NCBI GenBank assembly: GCA_964409875.1
Contig: CAYPEN010000002.1
Coordinates: forward strand, 210,630 to 274,629
DNA from: an uncultured Gammaproteobacteria bacterium
GTDB taxonomy: Bacteria; Patescibacteriota; Microgenomatia; Levybacterales; GWA1-39-11
Reading direction: 5' to 3'
Length of the DNA stretch: 64,000 nucleotides
Shown here: positions 19,929-29,369 of the stretch, piece by piece
Numbering within the stretch: position 1 is the stretch's first letter
Layout: the number at the start of each line of letters is the position of its first letter
Notes under the pieces: generated by a model
Seen by the model: the letters and a program-made list of their open reading frames with translations, nothing else
Told to the model about the DNA's origin: nothing
The model's database searches: none
Translations under genes and position numbers: made by a program

Positions 19929-20689
19929 ACTCCTTAAAAAAACTTGAAAGAGCAAAATATCACCTCAATATACTTACTCAGGAAGTAAAAGAATTTATTC
20001 AAAGCCAACCATACAAAATTTACACTACCGAAGAAGCTAATGGAGATCTGGTTTACAGATTGAAAACTATTAAGCCTGTTCCAGAAGAGTGGAGTTTAAC
20101 AATTGGAGACATAATACATAATCTTCGTTCATCCCTGGATCTTCTGATTTCAGATCTCCTGATAAAGAATGGCAAACATCCTGATAATAGAAGTGCGTTT
20201 CCAATTTATGAAACTGAGACAGAATTGTTAAAAGATTCTCAACACAGAATTACTGGAATAACTCCAGCAGCTCGAAAAGTCATTTCCAAGATTAAACCAT
20301 ACAAAGGACGAAACCAGATACTTTGGAAGCTACATAAACTTGATATTCTTGATAAACATAAACTAATTATTCCCGTAGGATCTGCATCGAGAAGTGTAGG
20401 AATTGATTTTAATTCCTTATTGCACACTCAGGGATTTTCAAGAGATGTAAAGTTACCTCCAATTTTTATTAGACCTGCTGACACACAATTTCCATTAAAA
20501 GATGGTATGGGATTATTTTCTATATTAAAACAGGCTCGGACAGGAGGTGAGCCGCCTCCACATTCGTTTGCTTTTGATATTGCATTTGGTGAAGGAGATT
20601 TAGTAAAGGGCGAGCCTATTATAGAAACATTAAATTCGTTTGTTATAGAAGTAGAGAGTATATTAAATAAGTTCAAAAAATTACTGTAG
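19925..20689 (+). CDS. hypothetical protein (ORFan module gene 5)
   Basis: 254 aa, no recognisable domain. Confidence 0.4.
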   Translation: MNSLKKLERAKYHLNILTQEVKEFIQSQPYKIYTTEEANGDLVYRLKTIKPVPEEWSLTIGDIIHNLRSSLDLLISDLLIKNGKHPDNRSAFPIYETETELLKDSQHRITGITPAARKVISKIKPYKGRNQILWKLHKLDILDKHKLIIPVGSASRSVGIDFNSLLHTQGFSRDVKLPPIFIRPADTQFPLKDGMGLFSILKQARTGGEPPPHSFAFDIAFGEGDLVKGEPIIETLNSFVIEVESILNKFKKLL

Positions 20690-20955
20690 TTTGTGGAGAG
20701 ATAAGGAATCCTATTATTTCTTTGTTTGCCTGGAAACACATACCCCCTCCAGTATCATGATAAACTCATGGGGTTTACATGAGCTTCTACAGTAGGTAAT
20801 ACTGGGATGCTTACATAATCTTTGGTGGTGGTGTAATATGTTCGCATCTGCTCCATGAGGGAGAGCAATTAAAAAAGTCGGGTTTTATACTCAGCTTTTT
20901 TTGTTGTTTGGTAAGACTCTTTATCATGCCTTATTAATTTGATATCTTTAAACAT

Positions 20956-21387
20956 ATGACAACATTAAATCCTTGGATAAATTTCAATGGGAATGCGGAA
21001 GAGGCATTTACTTTTTATCAATCTGTTTTTGGTGGAGAGTTTACAAAAATAGTGCGTTTCAAAGATATCGCAAGCGATGAAGTGAAAATCGATGAAAAAG
21101 AAGAAAATAAAATAATGTATATTGCTCTGCCTATCGGAGACAATACAATACTCATAGCCAACGATGTCCCGGAGGCTCTGGGGGTAGTCAACGAGCATGA
21201 AAATCGAAGCAAAATTTTGGTAAGTACTCAAAGTCGCGAAGAAGCTGATAGATTGTTTAATGGCTTGTCGGTTGATGGAGAAGTAGAGGGAAGCATGGGA
21301 GACAGTCCGTGGGGCACATACGCGGGGATGTTTCGGGATAAATACGGCATTGAGTGGATAATAGAATTTTCTTCTGATAAAAAATAG
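20956..21387 (+). CDS. VOC-family (glyoxalase/PhnB-like) protein
   Basis: 143 aa. 'INFNGNAEEAFTFYQSVFGG...MYIALPIGDNTILIAND' and 'SPWGTYAGMFRDKYGIEW' resemble the PhnB/3-demethylubiquinone-9 methyltransferase-like VOC fold. Confidence 0.65.
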   Translation: MTTLNPWINFNGNAEEAFTFYQSVFGGEFTKIVRFKDIASDEVKIDEKEENKIMYIALPIGDNTILIANDVPEALGVVNEHENRSKILVSTQSREEADRLFNGLSVDGEVEGSMGDSPWGTYAGMFRDKYGIEWIIEFSSDKK

Positions 21388-21475
21388 TCTTTCAAAGACT
21401 GTTTCTTCTCTGAGTATAAAATCAGTAGTGACTGGTATCACATCGTTTTTTATCCTGCTGAACTATAAATAAATT

Positions 21476-21844
21476 ATGGATATCTCAACTTTCTTGGCAA
21501 GATTTTGGGGAAGCCTTTTTATAATCCTTGGGTTATCAACGGTCCTCAAAGGTTTTTTGGGGAAGGTAATTGTCTACACGGAAGACAGGACCATTACTGT
21601 CTCGACGGGGTATATTACTTTTTTGCTGGGACTTGCTACTGTTGTTGCCCACAATGTATGGGTTATGGACTGGAGGATTACTATCACAGTCTTGGGATGG
21701 ACGACTTTATTTAAAGGCATTGAGAAGGTTGTGTTTCCCAATCGCATTAACAAAGTGGCACAAAAATTTAAAGGTAGTCAATCTATTTGGGGACTTGTCA
21801 TTCTACTTATTGGCACCTGGTTCTTCTGGATGAGTTTTCTGTAA
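21476..21844 (+). CDS. hypothetical membrane protein (4 TM)
   Basis: 122 aa, entirely hydrophobic segments. Confidence 0.4.
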   Translation: MDISTFLARFWGSLFIILGLSTVLKGFLGKVIVYTEDRTITVSTGYITFLLGLATVVAHNVWVMDWRITITVLGWTTLFKGIEKVVFPNRINKVAQKFKGSQSIWGLVILLIGTWFFWMSFL

Positions 21845-21890
21845 ATTACCCGTTTGAGCACGCTGTTTCACCCTTTGTTATACTGTCAAA

Positions 21891-22205
21891 ATGAGCCTTA
21901 GCAACATCGCAAATGAACCACACACAGTTATAGCACGTGTTTGGCAGTGGGAGGGGGACGGAGCGTGGCATTTTATAACCATCGAAATTGAACAGGCGTT
22001 AGAGATAAAAAAGGATTGGCACTGGCCCCGCCGGGGATTCGTCTCTATTCCAATTGAAGCAACTCTTGGGGCAACCACATGGAACACGTCAATATTTCCG
22101 GAAAAAGGAGGAACATTTGTACTTCCCCTCAAAAAAGCAGTACGGGAAAAAGAAGGTGTGGTTGTCGGCAAAACAATCACACTTTCCCTTACTGTTCTCT
22201 CTTAG
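21891..22205 (+). CDS. DUF1905-like small beta-barrel protein
   Basis: 104 aa. 'WHFITI...GFVSIPIEATLGATTWNTSIFPEKGGTFVLPLKKAVREKEGVVVGKTI' matches the DUF1905/YdeI N-terminal pattern. Confidence 0.5.
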   Translation: MSLSNIANEPHTVIARVWQWEGDGAWHFITIEIEQALEIKKDWHWPRRGFVSIPIEATLGATTWNTSIFPEKGGTFVLPLKKAVREKEGVVVGKTITLSLTVLS

Positions 22206-22232
22206 CTTTACACCAGTGGTATACTAAAAGGT

Positions 22233-22631
22233 ATGAAACAATCCCCCGTTGTACATTTCGAAATGCCCGCAAAAGACAAAGCGCGGGTTAGTAAATTTTA
22301 TACCGAGGCATTCGGTTGGCAAATGAACCAACTCGGTGAGGATATGGGAGGGTATGTTCTCGCCGGGACTACACCTGTTGATGAAAATATGATGGCTATA
22401 AATCCGGGAGCAATTAACGGCGGGTTTTTTGAATACAAAGACGAGGACGGATTTAATGCTCCGCATGTTGTTATTCAAGTTGAGAATTTAGATGAGTCAA
22501 TTGAAGCTGTTAAGCATGCAGGCGGAACCGTAACCGGCGAGAAGATGCCAATCCAAGGAATAGGTATGTATGTTTCGATAAAAGACAGCGAAGGAAATAA
22601 CGTCGGCATGCTCCAGCCCGACAGACCATAA
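22233..22631 (+). CDS. VOC-family glyoxalase-like protein
   Basis: 132 aa. 'VVHFEMPAKDKARVSKFYTEAFGWQ' is a glyoxalase/bleomycin-resistance fold N-terminus. Confidence 0.6.
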   Translation: MKQSPVVHFEMPAKDKARVSKFYTEAFGWQMNQLGEDMGGYVLAGTTPVDENMMAINPGAINGGFFEYKDEDGFNAPHVVIQVENLDESIEAVKHAGGTVTGEKMPIQGIGMYVSIKDSEGNNVGMLQPDRP

Positions 22632-22801
22632 CTACTTCCCCATGAAAATTAATGCTGAGTGGCATAAGGCAAATCGGATGCCAAAAAACCAACAGAGCAA
22701 GAAAGGGCCACGTGGCACATAGAACATCAGATTAAATGCTCCTGCCGACAACCATCGGAACAAGAAAAAGCTTTAATTGAAAAATATAAATAACTTTAAG
22801 A

Positions 22802-23221
22802 CTAAACTGCAGCAAAGAGTCTTTTTACGACAGTTCTTGGAACCATCGGTAACGCCATTAAAAATCCAATAAGTACCGGCACTCCCCACATGATGTGTAG
22901 CCAATGAACCGTGTGAAGAATAATAATTTCAACCGTAAACCAAATAATAAATCCGCCCATAGACAAAATGGCAAATAGCCAACTGAATTTTGTTTTGTGA
23001 AGGACTTCAAAAAAGGCACTGACAGTAAGAATTCCCATTCCTGTTAGAATAAGTCCGGGAATAAGAAAGTCGGGGAAAAAACCATTCATAATGTCTGAAG
23101 ACATTTTCATAATATGACCATCGGGAGCAAAGGTGAGAAGAGTTCCACCGGTAATCCCACCCCAACCCTCATAAGCAAGGATTAAAAGAAGAATTATCCG
23201 CTGCCAAGTTGTTTGTCTCAT
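22802..23221 (-). CDS. hypothetical membrane protein
   Basis: 139 aa, 4 predicted TM helices. Confidence 0.45.
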   Translation of the reverse strand: MRQTTWQRIILLLILAYEGWGGITGGTLLTFAPDGHIMKMSSDIMNGFFPDFLIPGLILTGMGILTVSAFFEVLHKTKFSWLFAILSMGGFIIWFTVEIIILHTVHWLHIMWGVPVLIGFLMALPMVPRTVVKRLFAAV

Positions 23222-23313
23222 ACAACATATATTAAAACGGAAAGTATCAACATCTCAGTGACGCATGTCACAATGCCTTGATTTTAGACTTGCAATACGA
23301 TACCATTCCCACC

Positions 23314-23955
23314 ATGCCTGCTGAAAAAACAGGAAAACTTATTGTATTGACGGGACCCACTGCCTCAGGAAAATCCCATATAAGCTCTGTTCTTGAAAGA
23401 GAGCATGGAGTAACTGTCGCAGTATCGGCAACAACAAGAAAATTACGCCGTGGTGAACGGTGGGGAAAAGATTATTACTTTCTGACAAGAACTCGCTTTG
23501 AAAGAGAAATTACCGAGGGGAAATATCTTGAATGGAATGAGTATGCGGGAAATCTCTATGGAACAAGAAAAAGCGAAATAGAACCCGTCTTAGAAGGAAA
23601 CCATGTTATAACAACGACAGAAATTGAGGGAGCATCAAATTTTCGGAACAATATCATGAAAGCATACGATGATGATTGGGAAATGCGTGATGCCCTATTG
23701 GAAAGTCTGACAACAGTTTTTTTGGGTGTAGAAAATGGATTTGTCATAAAAGACCGATTTTTTAAGAGGGCGGGGAAAGGAAGTTCTGGCAACATGGATA
23801 TGCGTGATAATTTTAGAAGGCGAGCAAGACGGGATTGGCAAGACTGGAAGGAGCACGGTCATACATTTGATCATATTGTGGTAAATAATGGCCCAATTGA
23901 GCTTGCTGTTGGGCAAGTTTTGCAAATCCTGAACCCTTCCCCGCATAACATTTAA
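23314..23955 (+). CDS. guanylate-kinase-family protein (extra, accessory-context copy)
   Basis: P-loop 'LTGPTASGKSH'. GMP-binding 'SATTRKLRRGERWGKDYYFLTRTRFE...EWNEYAGNLYGT'. Start placed at the internal ATG at 23314. Confidence 0.6.
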   Translation: MPAEKTGKLIVLTGPTASGKSHISSVLEREHGVTVAVSATTRKLRRGERWGKDYYFLTRTRFEREITEGKYLEWNEYAGNLYGTRKSEIEPVLEGNHVITTTEIEGASNFRNNIMKAYDDDWEMRDALLESLTTVFLGVENGFVIKDRFFKRAGKGSSGNMDMRDNFRRRARRDWQDWKEHGHTFDHIVVNNGPIELAVGQVLQILNPSPHNI

Positions 23956-23975
23956 CCCTTGACTTAATTAAGTGA

Positions 23976-24299
23976 ATGGTTTATTATATCCTTAATATGG
24001 ACATTTATACAGCGCTCGCAGAACCGAATAGACGGCGCATTATAGAGCTAATCGCCCAAAAAGGAAGCCTTAACGCAACGGATATTTCCGACAAATTCGA
24101 TATCACGCCACCTGCAATTTCCCAGCATTTAAAAGTATTACGAGAATCACAGCTCGTGCAAATGGAAAAGGTTGCTCAGAGAAGAATTTATAGAATTAAC
24201 GCCGATAAATTGAGCGAGATAGAAGAGTGGATTCAGAAATTAAAAAAAGTTTGGAACGAACGGTTTGACAGACTTGACAAAATTCTTACCGAAAAATAA
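23976..24299 (+). CDS. ArsR/SmtB-family metalloregulatory transcription factor
   Basis: 'LAEPNRRRIIELIAQKGSLNATDISDKFDITPPAISQHLKVLRESQLV' is a canonical ArsR HTH. Confidence 0.8.
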   Translation: MVYYILNMDIYTALAEPNRRRIIELIAQKGSLNATDISDKFDITPPAISQHLKVLRESQLVQMEKVAQRRIYRINADKLSEIEEWIQKLKKVWNERFDRLDKILTEK

Positions 24300-24301
24300 A
24301 C

Positions 24302-24745
24302 ATGGTACATCACGCAACATTTACAATAGAAAGAGAGTTTGATGCTCCTGTTGAAAAAGTGTTTTCGGCTTTTTCGGATCTGGAAAAGAAGAAAATGTGG
24401 TTTTTTGGACCAGAGGGGGAAGATGAGCAAATGATGGATTTCCGAGTTGGCGGCATTGAAACATCGAGCGGAAAAATTCACGGAATTGTTCATGAATTTA
24501 AAGCGATGTACTATGACATCGTCCCCAATGAGCGGATAATTTTCGTTTATGATATGTTTGTAAACAATATGCATTTCTCTGTTTCACTTACTTCAGTTGA
24601 ATTTGAAAATATCGGAAGTAAAACAAAACTTATGTTTACAGAACAAGATATGTTCTTATCCGAAGAAGATACAGTTGAAGGAAGAAAGAAGGGAACAGAA
24701 GATCTCATGGATCAATTACAAAAATTTGTAGAAGTTAAAAAATGA
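24302..24745 (+). CDS. SRPBCC-superfamily (AHSA1/Aha1-like) protein
   Basis: 147 aa, 'EREFDAPVEKVFSAFSDLE...W' is the typical Aha1/SRPBCC N-terminus. First of three tandem paralogues after ArsR. Confidence 0.6.
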   Translation: MVHHATFTIEREFDAPVEKVFSAFSDLEKKKMWFFGPEGEDEQMMDFRVGGIETSSGKIHGIVHEFKAMYYDIVPNERIIFVYDMFVNNMHFSVSLTSVEFENIGSKTKLMFTEQDMFLSEEDTVEGRKKGTEDLMDQLQKFVEVKK

Positions 24746-25158
24746 AAGACAACGCTATTACAATTCAAGCAACAGTAAGTGCTCCAATTGAGAAAGTATG
24801 GGAATATTGGAACAATCCCACACGCATTTCAGGATGGGCATTTGCTTCGGACGATTGGATGGCCGAAGGGAAAGAAAATGATCTTCGGATGGGGGGAACA
24901 TTTAAAACTAAAATGGCGGCAAAAGACGGAAGCGCGGAATTTGAATTCGGAGGAACCTACACTGCAATAGACAAAAACAAAATCATCGAATACGACATGA
25001 GAGACGGTAGACACGTTAAAACCGTTTTTAAAGAAACCCCCGGGGGCGTAAAAATCACCGAGACATTTGATCCCGAAAACGAGAACACATTGGAAATGCA
25101 ACGGGAAGGTTGGCAGGCAATTCTTGATAATTTTAAAAAATATACGGAGAGTAGGTAA
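24742..25158 (+). CDS. SRPBCC-superfamily protein
   Basis: 138 aa, 'ATVSAPIEKVWEYWNNP'. Overlaps the previous gene by 4 nt. Confidence 0.6.
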   Translation: MKDNAITIQATVSAPIEKVWEYWNNPTRISGWAFASDDWMAEGKENDLRMGGTFKTKMAAKDGSAEFEFGGTYTAIDKNKIIEYDMRDGRHVKTVFKETPGGVKITETFDPENENTLEMQREGWQAILDNFKKYTESR

Positions 25159-25163
25159 TAATA

Positions 25164-25670
25164 ATGGAAAACGTTGGGGTAAAAATTGAAAGAGTTTTTA
25201 ATGCACCGCGCGAAAAAGTATGGCAGGCATGGACAACTCCTGAAATGGTCATGAAGTGGTGGGGACCTGAAGGATTCACTGCACCGTCTGCAACAGTCGA
25301 CTTTCGGGTTGGCGGTAAATATATTTATGCGATGCATGGACCCGAAGGCTCCGAGTGGGACAGGGATATGTACTCTGCCGGCATTTACAAAGAGATAGTG
25401 CCGAATGAAAAAATTGTCGTTACAGATTATTTTTCGGATAAGGATGGGAATAAAATTAAACCTTCGGATGAGGGGATGGATGTGAATTTTCCCGATGAAA
25501 TGACAGTCACTGTCCTTTTTGAAGAAGTCGAGAATGGTAAAACTAAACTTTCAATTGTTTATCCAAAACCGGAGACAGAAGAGCAACTGCAGGCGATGAT
25601 AAAGTCAGGCATGAACGACGGATGGAATTCAAGCCTCAACAAACTGGAAGAAGCACTAAAACAAATTTAA
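25164..25670 (+). CDS. SRPBCC-superfamily (Aha1 domain) protein
   Basis: 168 aa, 'ERVFNAPREKVWQAWTTPEMVMKWWGP'. Confidence 0.65.
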   Translation: MENVGVKIERVFNAPREKVWQAWTTPEMVMKWWGPEGFTAPSATVDFRVGGKYIYAMHGPEGSEWDRDMYSAGIYKEIVPNEKIVVTDYFSDKDGNKIKPSDEGMDVNFPDEMTVTVLFEEVENGKTKLSIVYPKPETEEQLQAMIKSGMNDGWNSSLNKLEEALKQI

Positions 25671-25776
25671 ATGTTTTACAGAAAAAGAGGTGAACAAATA
25701 TAAATAACACAAAAACAAAAAATAAGAACTATTTGCTACTCCCGGAACCTTGTTTTTTGTTTGTGTTAATAAGAAT

Positions 25777-26238
25777 ATGAAACAAAAAATTACGCCGTTT
25801 CTCTGGTTTGATAAAGGAAAAGCACGGGAAGCGGCACAATTCTACTCTGAAGTTTTTAGGGACGTAAAAATTGCAAACCCCGAAATGCTTTCCGATACTC
25901 CTTCGGGAGATGTTGAAATCATTTTGATAGAAATTTTTGGACAACAGTTTACTCTTATGGGTGCAGGTTCTGAATTTAAATTCAATGAGTCGGTTTCATT
26001 TGTTATCGACTGCGATGGACAAGAAGAGGTGGATTATTACTGGAACGCTTTAACAAATGGCGGTGAAGAAAGCCAATGCGGATGGTTGAAAGATAAGTTT
26101 GGACTTTCTTGGCAAGTTATCCCAAAGCAACTAAATGAGCTTATGGCAAAAGACGCATCAGGACAAGTCATGCAATGCATGCTGGGTCAAAAGAAAATTA
26201 TCATTTCAGAACTTGAGAAAGCATATGAATCAGCTTAA
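25777..26238 (+). CDS. VOC-family PhnB-like protein
   Basis: 'ITPFLWFDKGKAREAAQFYSEVF...DGQEEVDYYWNAL...CGWLKDKFGLSWQ' is the PhnB-like motif set. Start at the internal ATG 25777. Confidence 0.65.
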   Translation: MKQKITPFLWFDKGKAREAAQFYSEVFRDVKIANPEMLSDTPSGDVEIILIEIFGQQFTLMGAGSEFKFNESVSFVIDCDGQEEVDYYWNALTNGGEESQCGWLKDKFGLSWQVIPKQLNELMAKDASGQVMQCMLGQKKIIISELEKAYESA

Positions 26239-26584
26239 GTCAGTCGATAGCTATATCCTATCTTTCCCGGAAGATGTTCAGAGGAACTTACAAAAAATAA
26301 GAAATACGGTTAAAAATCTTCTGCCAAAAGCAACCGAGACAATTTCGTACGGCATTCCGACAGTTAAACTGAATGGGAAAAATGTGGTTCATTACGCAGC
26401 TTTTAAAAATCACTATAGTTTTTTTCCTACAGCAAGCGGAGTGGAAGCTTTTAAAAAAGAGTTGTTGATGTATGAAGTTTCAAAAGGCACCATTCAATTT
26501 CCAAAAGACAAACCAATACCGTTTGATTTGATAAGTAAAATAACCGTGTTCAGAAAAGAGCAGATAGAAAGAGTTAATAAATGA
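26225..26584 (+). CDS. DUF1801 (YdhG-like) protein
   Basis: 'SYILSFPEDVQRNLQKIRNTVKNLLPKATETISYGIPTVKLNGKNVVHYAAFKNHYSFFP' is the DUF1801 pattern. Start at the internal ATG 26225. Confidence 0.55.
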   Translation: MNQLKSVDSYILSFPEDVQRNLQKIRNTVKNLLPKATETISYGIPTVKLNGKNVVHYAAFKNHYSFFPTASGVEAFKKELLMYEVSKGTIQFPKDKPIPFDLISKITVFRKEQIERVNK

Positions 26585-26596
26585 TATGATAAATAG

Positions 26597-27016
26597 ATGC
26601 ATGGACCACTTTTCTCAACCATAACCTTATTCACCGAGCTTCTTGTTTCCGCTGCAGTTTATTTCACAATTTACAAAGGGTACCGCCATAATAAATTCCC
26701 CACAAAAATAGCGTTTTCTGCACTTGCATATGAGACCTTATTTAATATTTCTTACATGTTCTCGCGCGTCCCTTCCCATGCTAAAGCTGCAAAAGCAACA
26801 CCTCCTTTATTAATACTTCTTGCTGTTGTTCATGGAATTTTGTCCCTCGTAATGTTCATTGCTCTTATTATTTTTTTTGTTTTGGCGTATAGAAGCTATA
26901 AAAAAGAGAAGAATTATTTTTATGAACACAAAAAACTTACCTATATATTTTTATTCTTTTGGACATTTTCAATTATAAGCGGTGTGCTATTTTATTGTCT
27001 TGAATACGGGATATAG
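26597..27016 (+). CDS. hypothetical membrane protein (4 TM)
   Basis: 139 aa hydrophobic. Convergently overlaps the truB 3' end. Confidence 0.4.
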   Translation: MHGPLFSTITLFTELLVSAAVYFTIYKGYRHNKFPTKIAFSALAYETLFNISYMFSRVPSHAKAAKATPPLLILLAVVHGILSLVMFIALIIFFVLAYRSYKKEKNYFYEHKKLTYIFLFFWTFSIISGVLFYCLEYGI

Positions 27017-27800
27017 ATTGTTCCACCCGCAATGCATCCTTATAGCCAAAATCCCCAATTTTTGTTCTTTGTATTGAAAGGCAAAAGGCAGGACAATTAA
27101 GACTTTCCCCCAAATCTGAGGCAAAACGACGGACATAAGTGCCTGCCGAACAGGTAATTTCAAGCTCTATAAGAGCAAATTCGCAAGAAGCTTCCTTTTT
27201 GTAAACATCTTCCCATGCGGCAAGAATTTTCTCTTGCCGGAAATTTCCCTCAACCTTTTTTATTCTCTTGTTCACGTGTTGAAATAATCTCGCAAAAGAG
27301 ATTGTCTTATATGAGTTAATGTTGATTTTTTTTATTTCAATTTCTCTTGTGGGTATCGCAATTTCCTTTAGCCTTTCCTGCCGTGCCCACCAGAAAAGCG
27401 GCTTACCACTAACTGTTTTTGAAGAGTAGGGCGGATACAGCTGTTTCTGTTTTCCAATGAAATACTTAAGCGACGCAGCCACTTCATTTTCTTCCGGGAT
27501 ATTCCCGTGTATGTTTTCTACCATTCCGAGCGCATCGAATGTGTCAGTAGAAATTCCCAAGACAATTTCTGTTTTGTATTCTTTGGAGAGATTTTCATAT
27601 GCTTTGCGGTTTTTGTTTTCCTCGCCTACAAGTAAAAGCAGAATTCCTTCAGCCATAGGGTCAAGTCTTCCGGCGTAAGAAATTTTTTTAGATTTAAGAT
27701 GTGGGTATCTCTCTTTCAATTTTTTAACGGCCCAGAGGGGAGTTTTTCCTAATGGCTTTATAACCGGTACTGCTTTACCATCATTAATCAAATCATTCAT
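26973..27800 (-). CDS. truB: tRNA pseudouridine(55) synthase TruB
   Basis: 275 aa. Catalytic 'AGRLDPMAEG'. 'KxYxA' motif region ('KAYENLSKEYKTEIVLG'). Confidence 0.85.
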   Translation of the reverse strand: MNDLINDGKAVPVIKPLGKTPLWAVKKLKERYPHLKSKKISYAGRLDPMAEGILLLLVGEENKNRKAYENLSKEYKTEIVLGISTDTFDALGMVENIHGNIPEENEVAASLKYFIGKQKQLYPPYSSKTVSGKPLFWWARQERLKEIAIPTREIEIKKININSYKTISFARLFQHVNKRIKKVEGNFRQEKILAAWEDVYKKEASCEFALIELEITCSAGTYVRRFASDLGESLNCPAFCLSIQRTKIGDFGYKDALRVEQSISRIQDNKIAHRL

Positions 27801-27848
27801 AAGAAACGAATCGTATCACAGAGGGATGAGAAATAAAATAAAGAAAGG

Positions 27849-28142
27849 CTATGACTTTGCGCTTAATCGTGCAAGCTTAATGTGGGTTGCAATGATGCCA
27901 GACATTACGAATCCAAGATAGATAAGCCCGGTAAAGCATGCAGACACGAGATGCGATGGGGTAACCATAACCAAATAAGATCCGGTCACAAAGGTCAGGC
28001 CCACCCATACATATGAAGAGAGGAGTTTTGTCTTGGAGGGATGAAGAAAAGTGTATCCGGTGAAGACAATGCTTGAAATGGCAATAATAATATGAATTAA
28101 CAACATATTAAAAGTATATACATTAATGCAAGACCATATCAA
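27849..28142 (-). CDS. hypothetical small membrane protein (3 TM) downstream of cyoE
   Basis: 97 aa hydrophobic. Overlaps cyoE by 20 nt. Confidence 0.35.
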   Translation of the reverse strand: MIWSCINVYTFNMLLIHIIIAISSIVFTGYTFLHPSKTKLLSSYVWVGLTFVTGSYLVMVTPSHLVSACFTGLIYLGFVMSGIIATHIKLARLSAKS

Positions 28143-28974
28143 GAGACAGCATGAGAGAAAACATAAGAAGCGTAATTAGGGAGAATCCGAACATTTTCCT
28201 CGCCCACCTGACACTATCTTCCATTTTAAAACCTTTCACTCCCATAAATACCCAGTACAGTGCGAGAAAAACCATAACAGAAAAGAAGACATAACCGGTT
28301 ACCCCTTTTACTAGAAGCATCACAATAAAACACGCATAAAGAACAGAAAAAATCACCATGTGTTTTTTAACAGTAATAGGCGTGCTTACCACTGACATGA
28401 CAGGTAAATGTGCGTTTTTATAATCATCGTGCCGGAAAATTGAAATGGCATAAAAGTGTGGCATTTGCCAGACAACCATTGTCATAAATAACAACATTGC
28501 TCCCACATCAAAAACTCCTGTTACCGCGCAGTATCCGACAACCAACGGTATTGCGCCGGGTATGCTTCCAACAAGCGTACTGTAGCGCGAATGTCTCTTA
28601 AAATATCCGTACACAAAAACATAAAAAACGAATCCTGTCAGGGCCAGAAGGGTAGACAGAAGGTTCGTACCGAAATATAAAATAAGAAATCCCATCACTC
28701 CCAAAAAGGAACCGTAAATAAGCGCGTTCTTGCGGGAAACACTCCCTACAACAAGAGCACGTTTTTTTGTACGGGACATCAAGGCATCGATTCTTCTGTC
28801 CATATAATTGTTAAAAACGCATCCAGACGCAATTACAAGAGCGATACCAACGGTCACGGAGAGAAACAACATCCAATCAATCGTGCCTTTTGAAGCTAGC
28901 AAAAAACCACCTATTGTCGTGATAAGGTTTCCCATAATAATTCCCGGTTTTGTAAGCGTAATGTATTCTTTCAT
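28123..28974 (-). CDS. cyoE: protoheme IX farnesyltransferase (heme O synthase), UbiA family
   Basis: 283 aa. 'NNYMDRRIDALMSRTKKRALVVG' Asp-rich UbiA motif. Last gene of the cyo operon. Confidence 0.85.
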   Translation of the reverse strand: MKEYITLTKPGIIMGNLITTIGGFLLASKGTIDWMLFLSVTVGIALVIASGCVFNNYMDRRIDALMSRTKKRALVVGSVSRKNALIYGSFLGVMGFLILYFGTNLLSTLLALTGFVFYVFVYGYFKRHSRYSTLVGSIPGAIPLVVGYCAVTGVFDVGAMLLFMTMVVWQMPHFYAISIFRHDDYKNAHLPVMSVVSTPITVKKHMVIFSVLYACFIVMLLVKGVTGYVFFSVMVFLALYWVFMGVKGFKMEDSVRWARKMFGFSLITLLMFSLMLSLDMVLH

Positions 28975-28979
28975 TGAAA

Positions 28980-29369
28980 TTAGTGCTGATAAATACCCTC
29001 ATCACGGATAATGTGGTTCTCAACCGTTGAGGGGTTCATGTTGTGGTTGAGGTTTTCCATTATCCAAAGGCTTCCGATAACGACCATAACAACAACCCCA
29101 ATTGTCGAGATAAGAAAAGCGAGTCGAAAGCGCGGACGCGATTCAAACGCCAAATGCAGGAAAAACACCGTCTGAATAAAAAGCTGGATAATTGCCAGCA
29201 CCAAAACAAAGGGGAGTAAAAATTCATGGGAAAAAATAGCGTGATGGGATGAAAAGTGCATCTCAACCGGAATATAGGCACCAAGAGTCAAAAGGAGGGA
29301 GAAGAGAAATCCCCACATGTACGATAAAAGGGTCCCATGTGAAACGGCTGTGTGTTTTATATTAGTCAT
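28980..29369 (-). CDS. cyoD: cytochrome o quinol oxidase subunit IV
   Basis: Small 3-TM protein. Start chosen at the ATG 29369..29367, which overlaps the cyoC stop (ATGA coupling). The track ORF extends to 29414. Confidence 0.6.
   Translation of the reverse strand: MTNIKHTAVSHGTLLSYMWGFLFSLLLTLGAYIPVEMHFSSHHAIFSHEFLLPFVLVLAIIQLFIQTVFFLHLAFESRPRFRLAFLISTIGVVVMVVIGSLWIMENLNHNMNPSTVENHIIRDEGIYQH

Noticed and set aside
20690-20955. Possible degraded gene or ncRNA in the 266-bp spacer before the VOC gene
   Set aside because: It contains only short antisense ORFs (20428..20739) and no convincing structure or motif. Nothing supportable.
21386-21410. Palindrome 'AGTCTTTcAAAGACT' after the VOC gene as a terminator
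   Set aside because: The stem would leave a 1-nt loop. The effective hairpin is too short and the downstream tract is interrupted (TTTCTTCTC). Not convincing.
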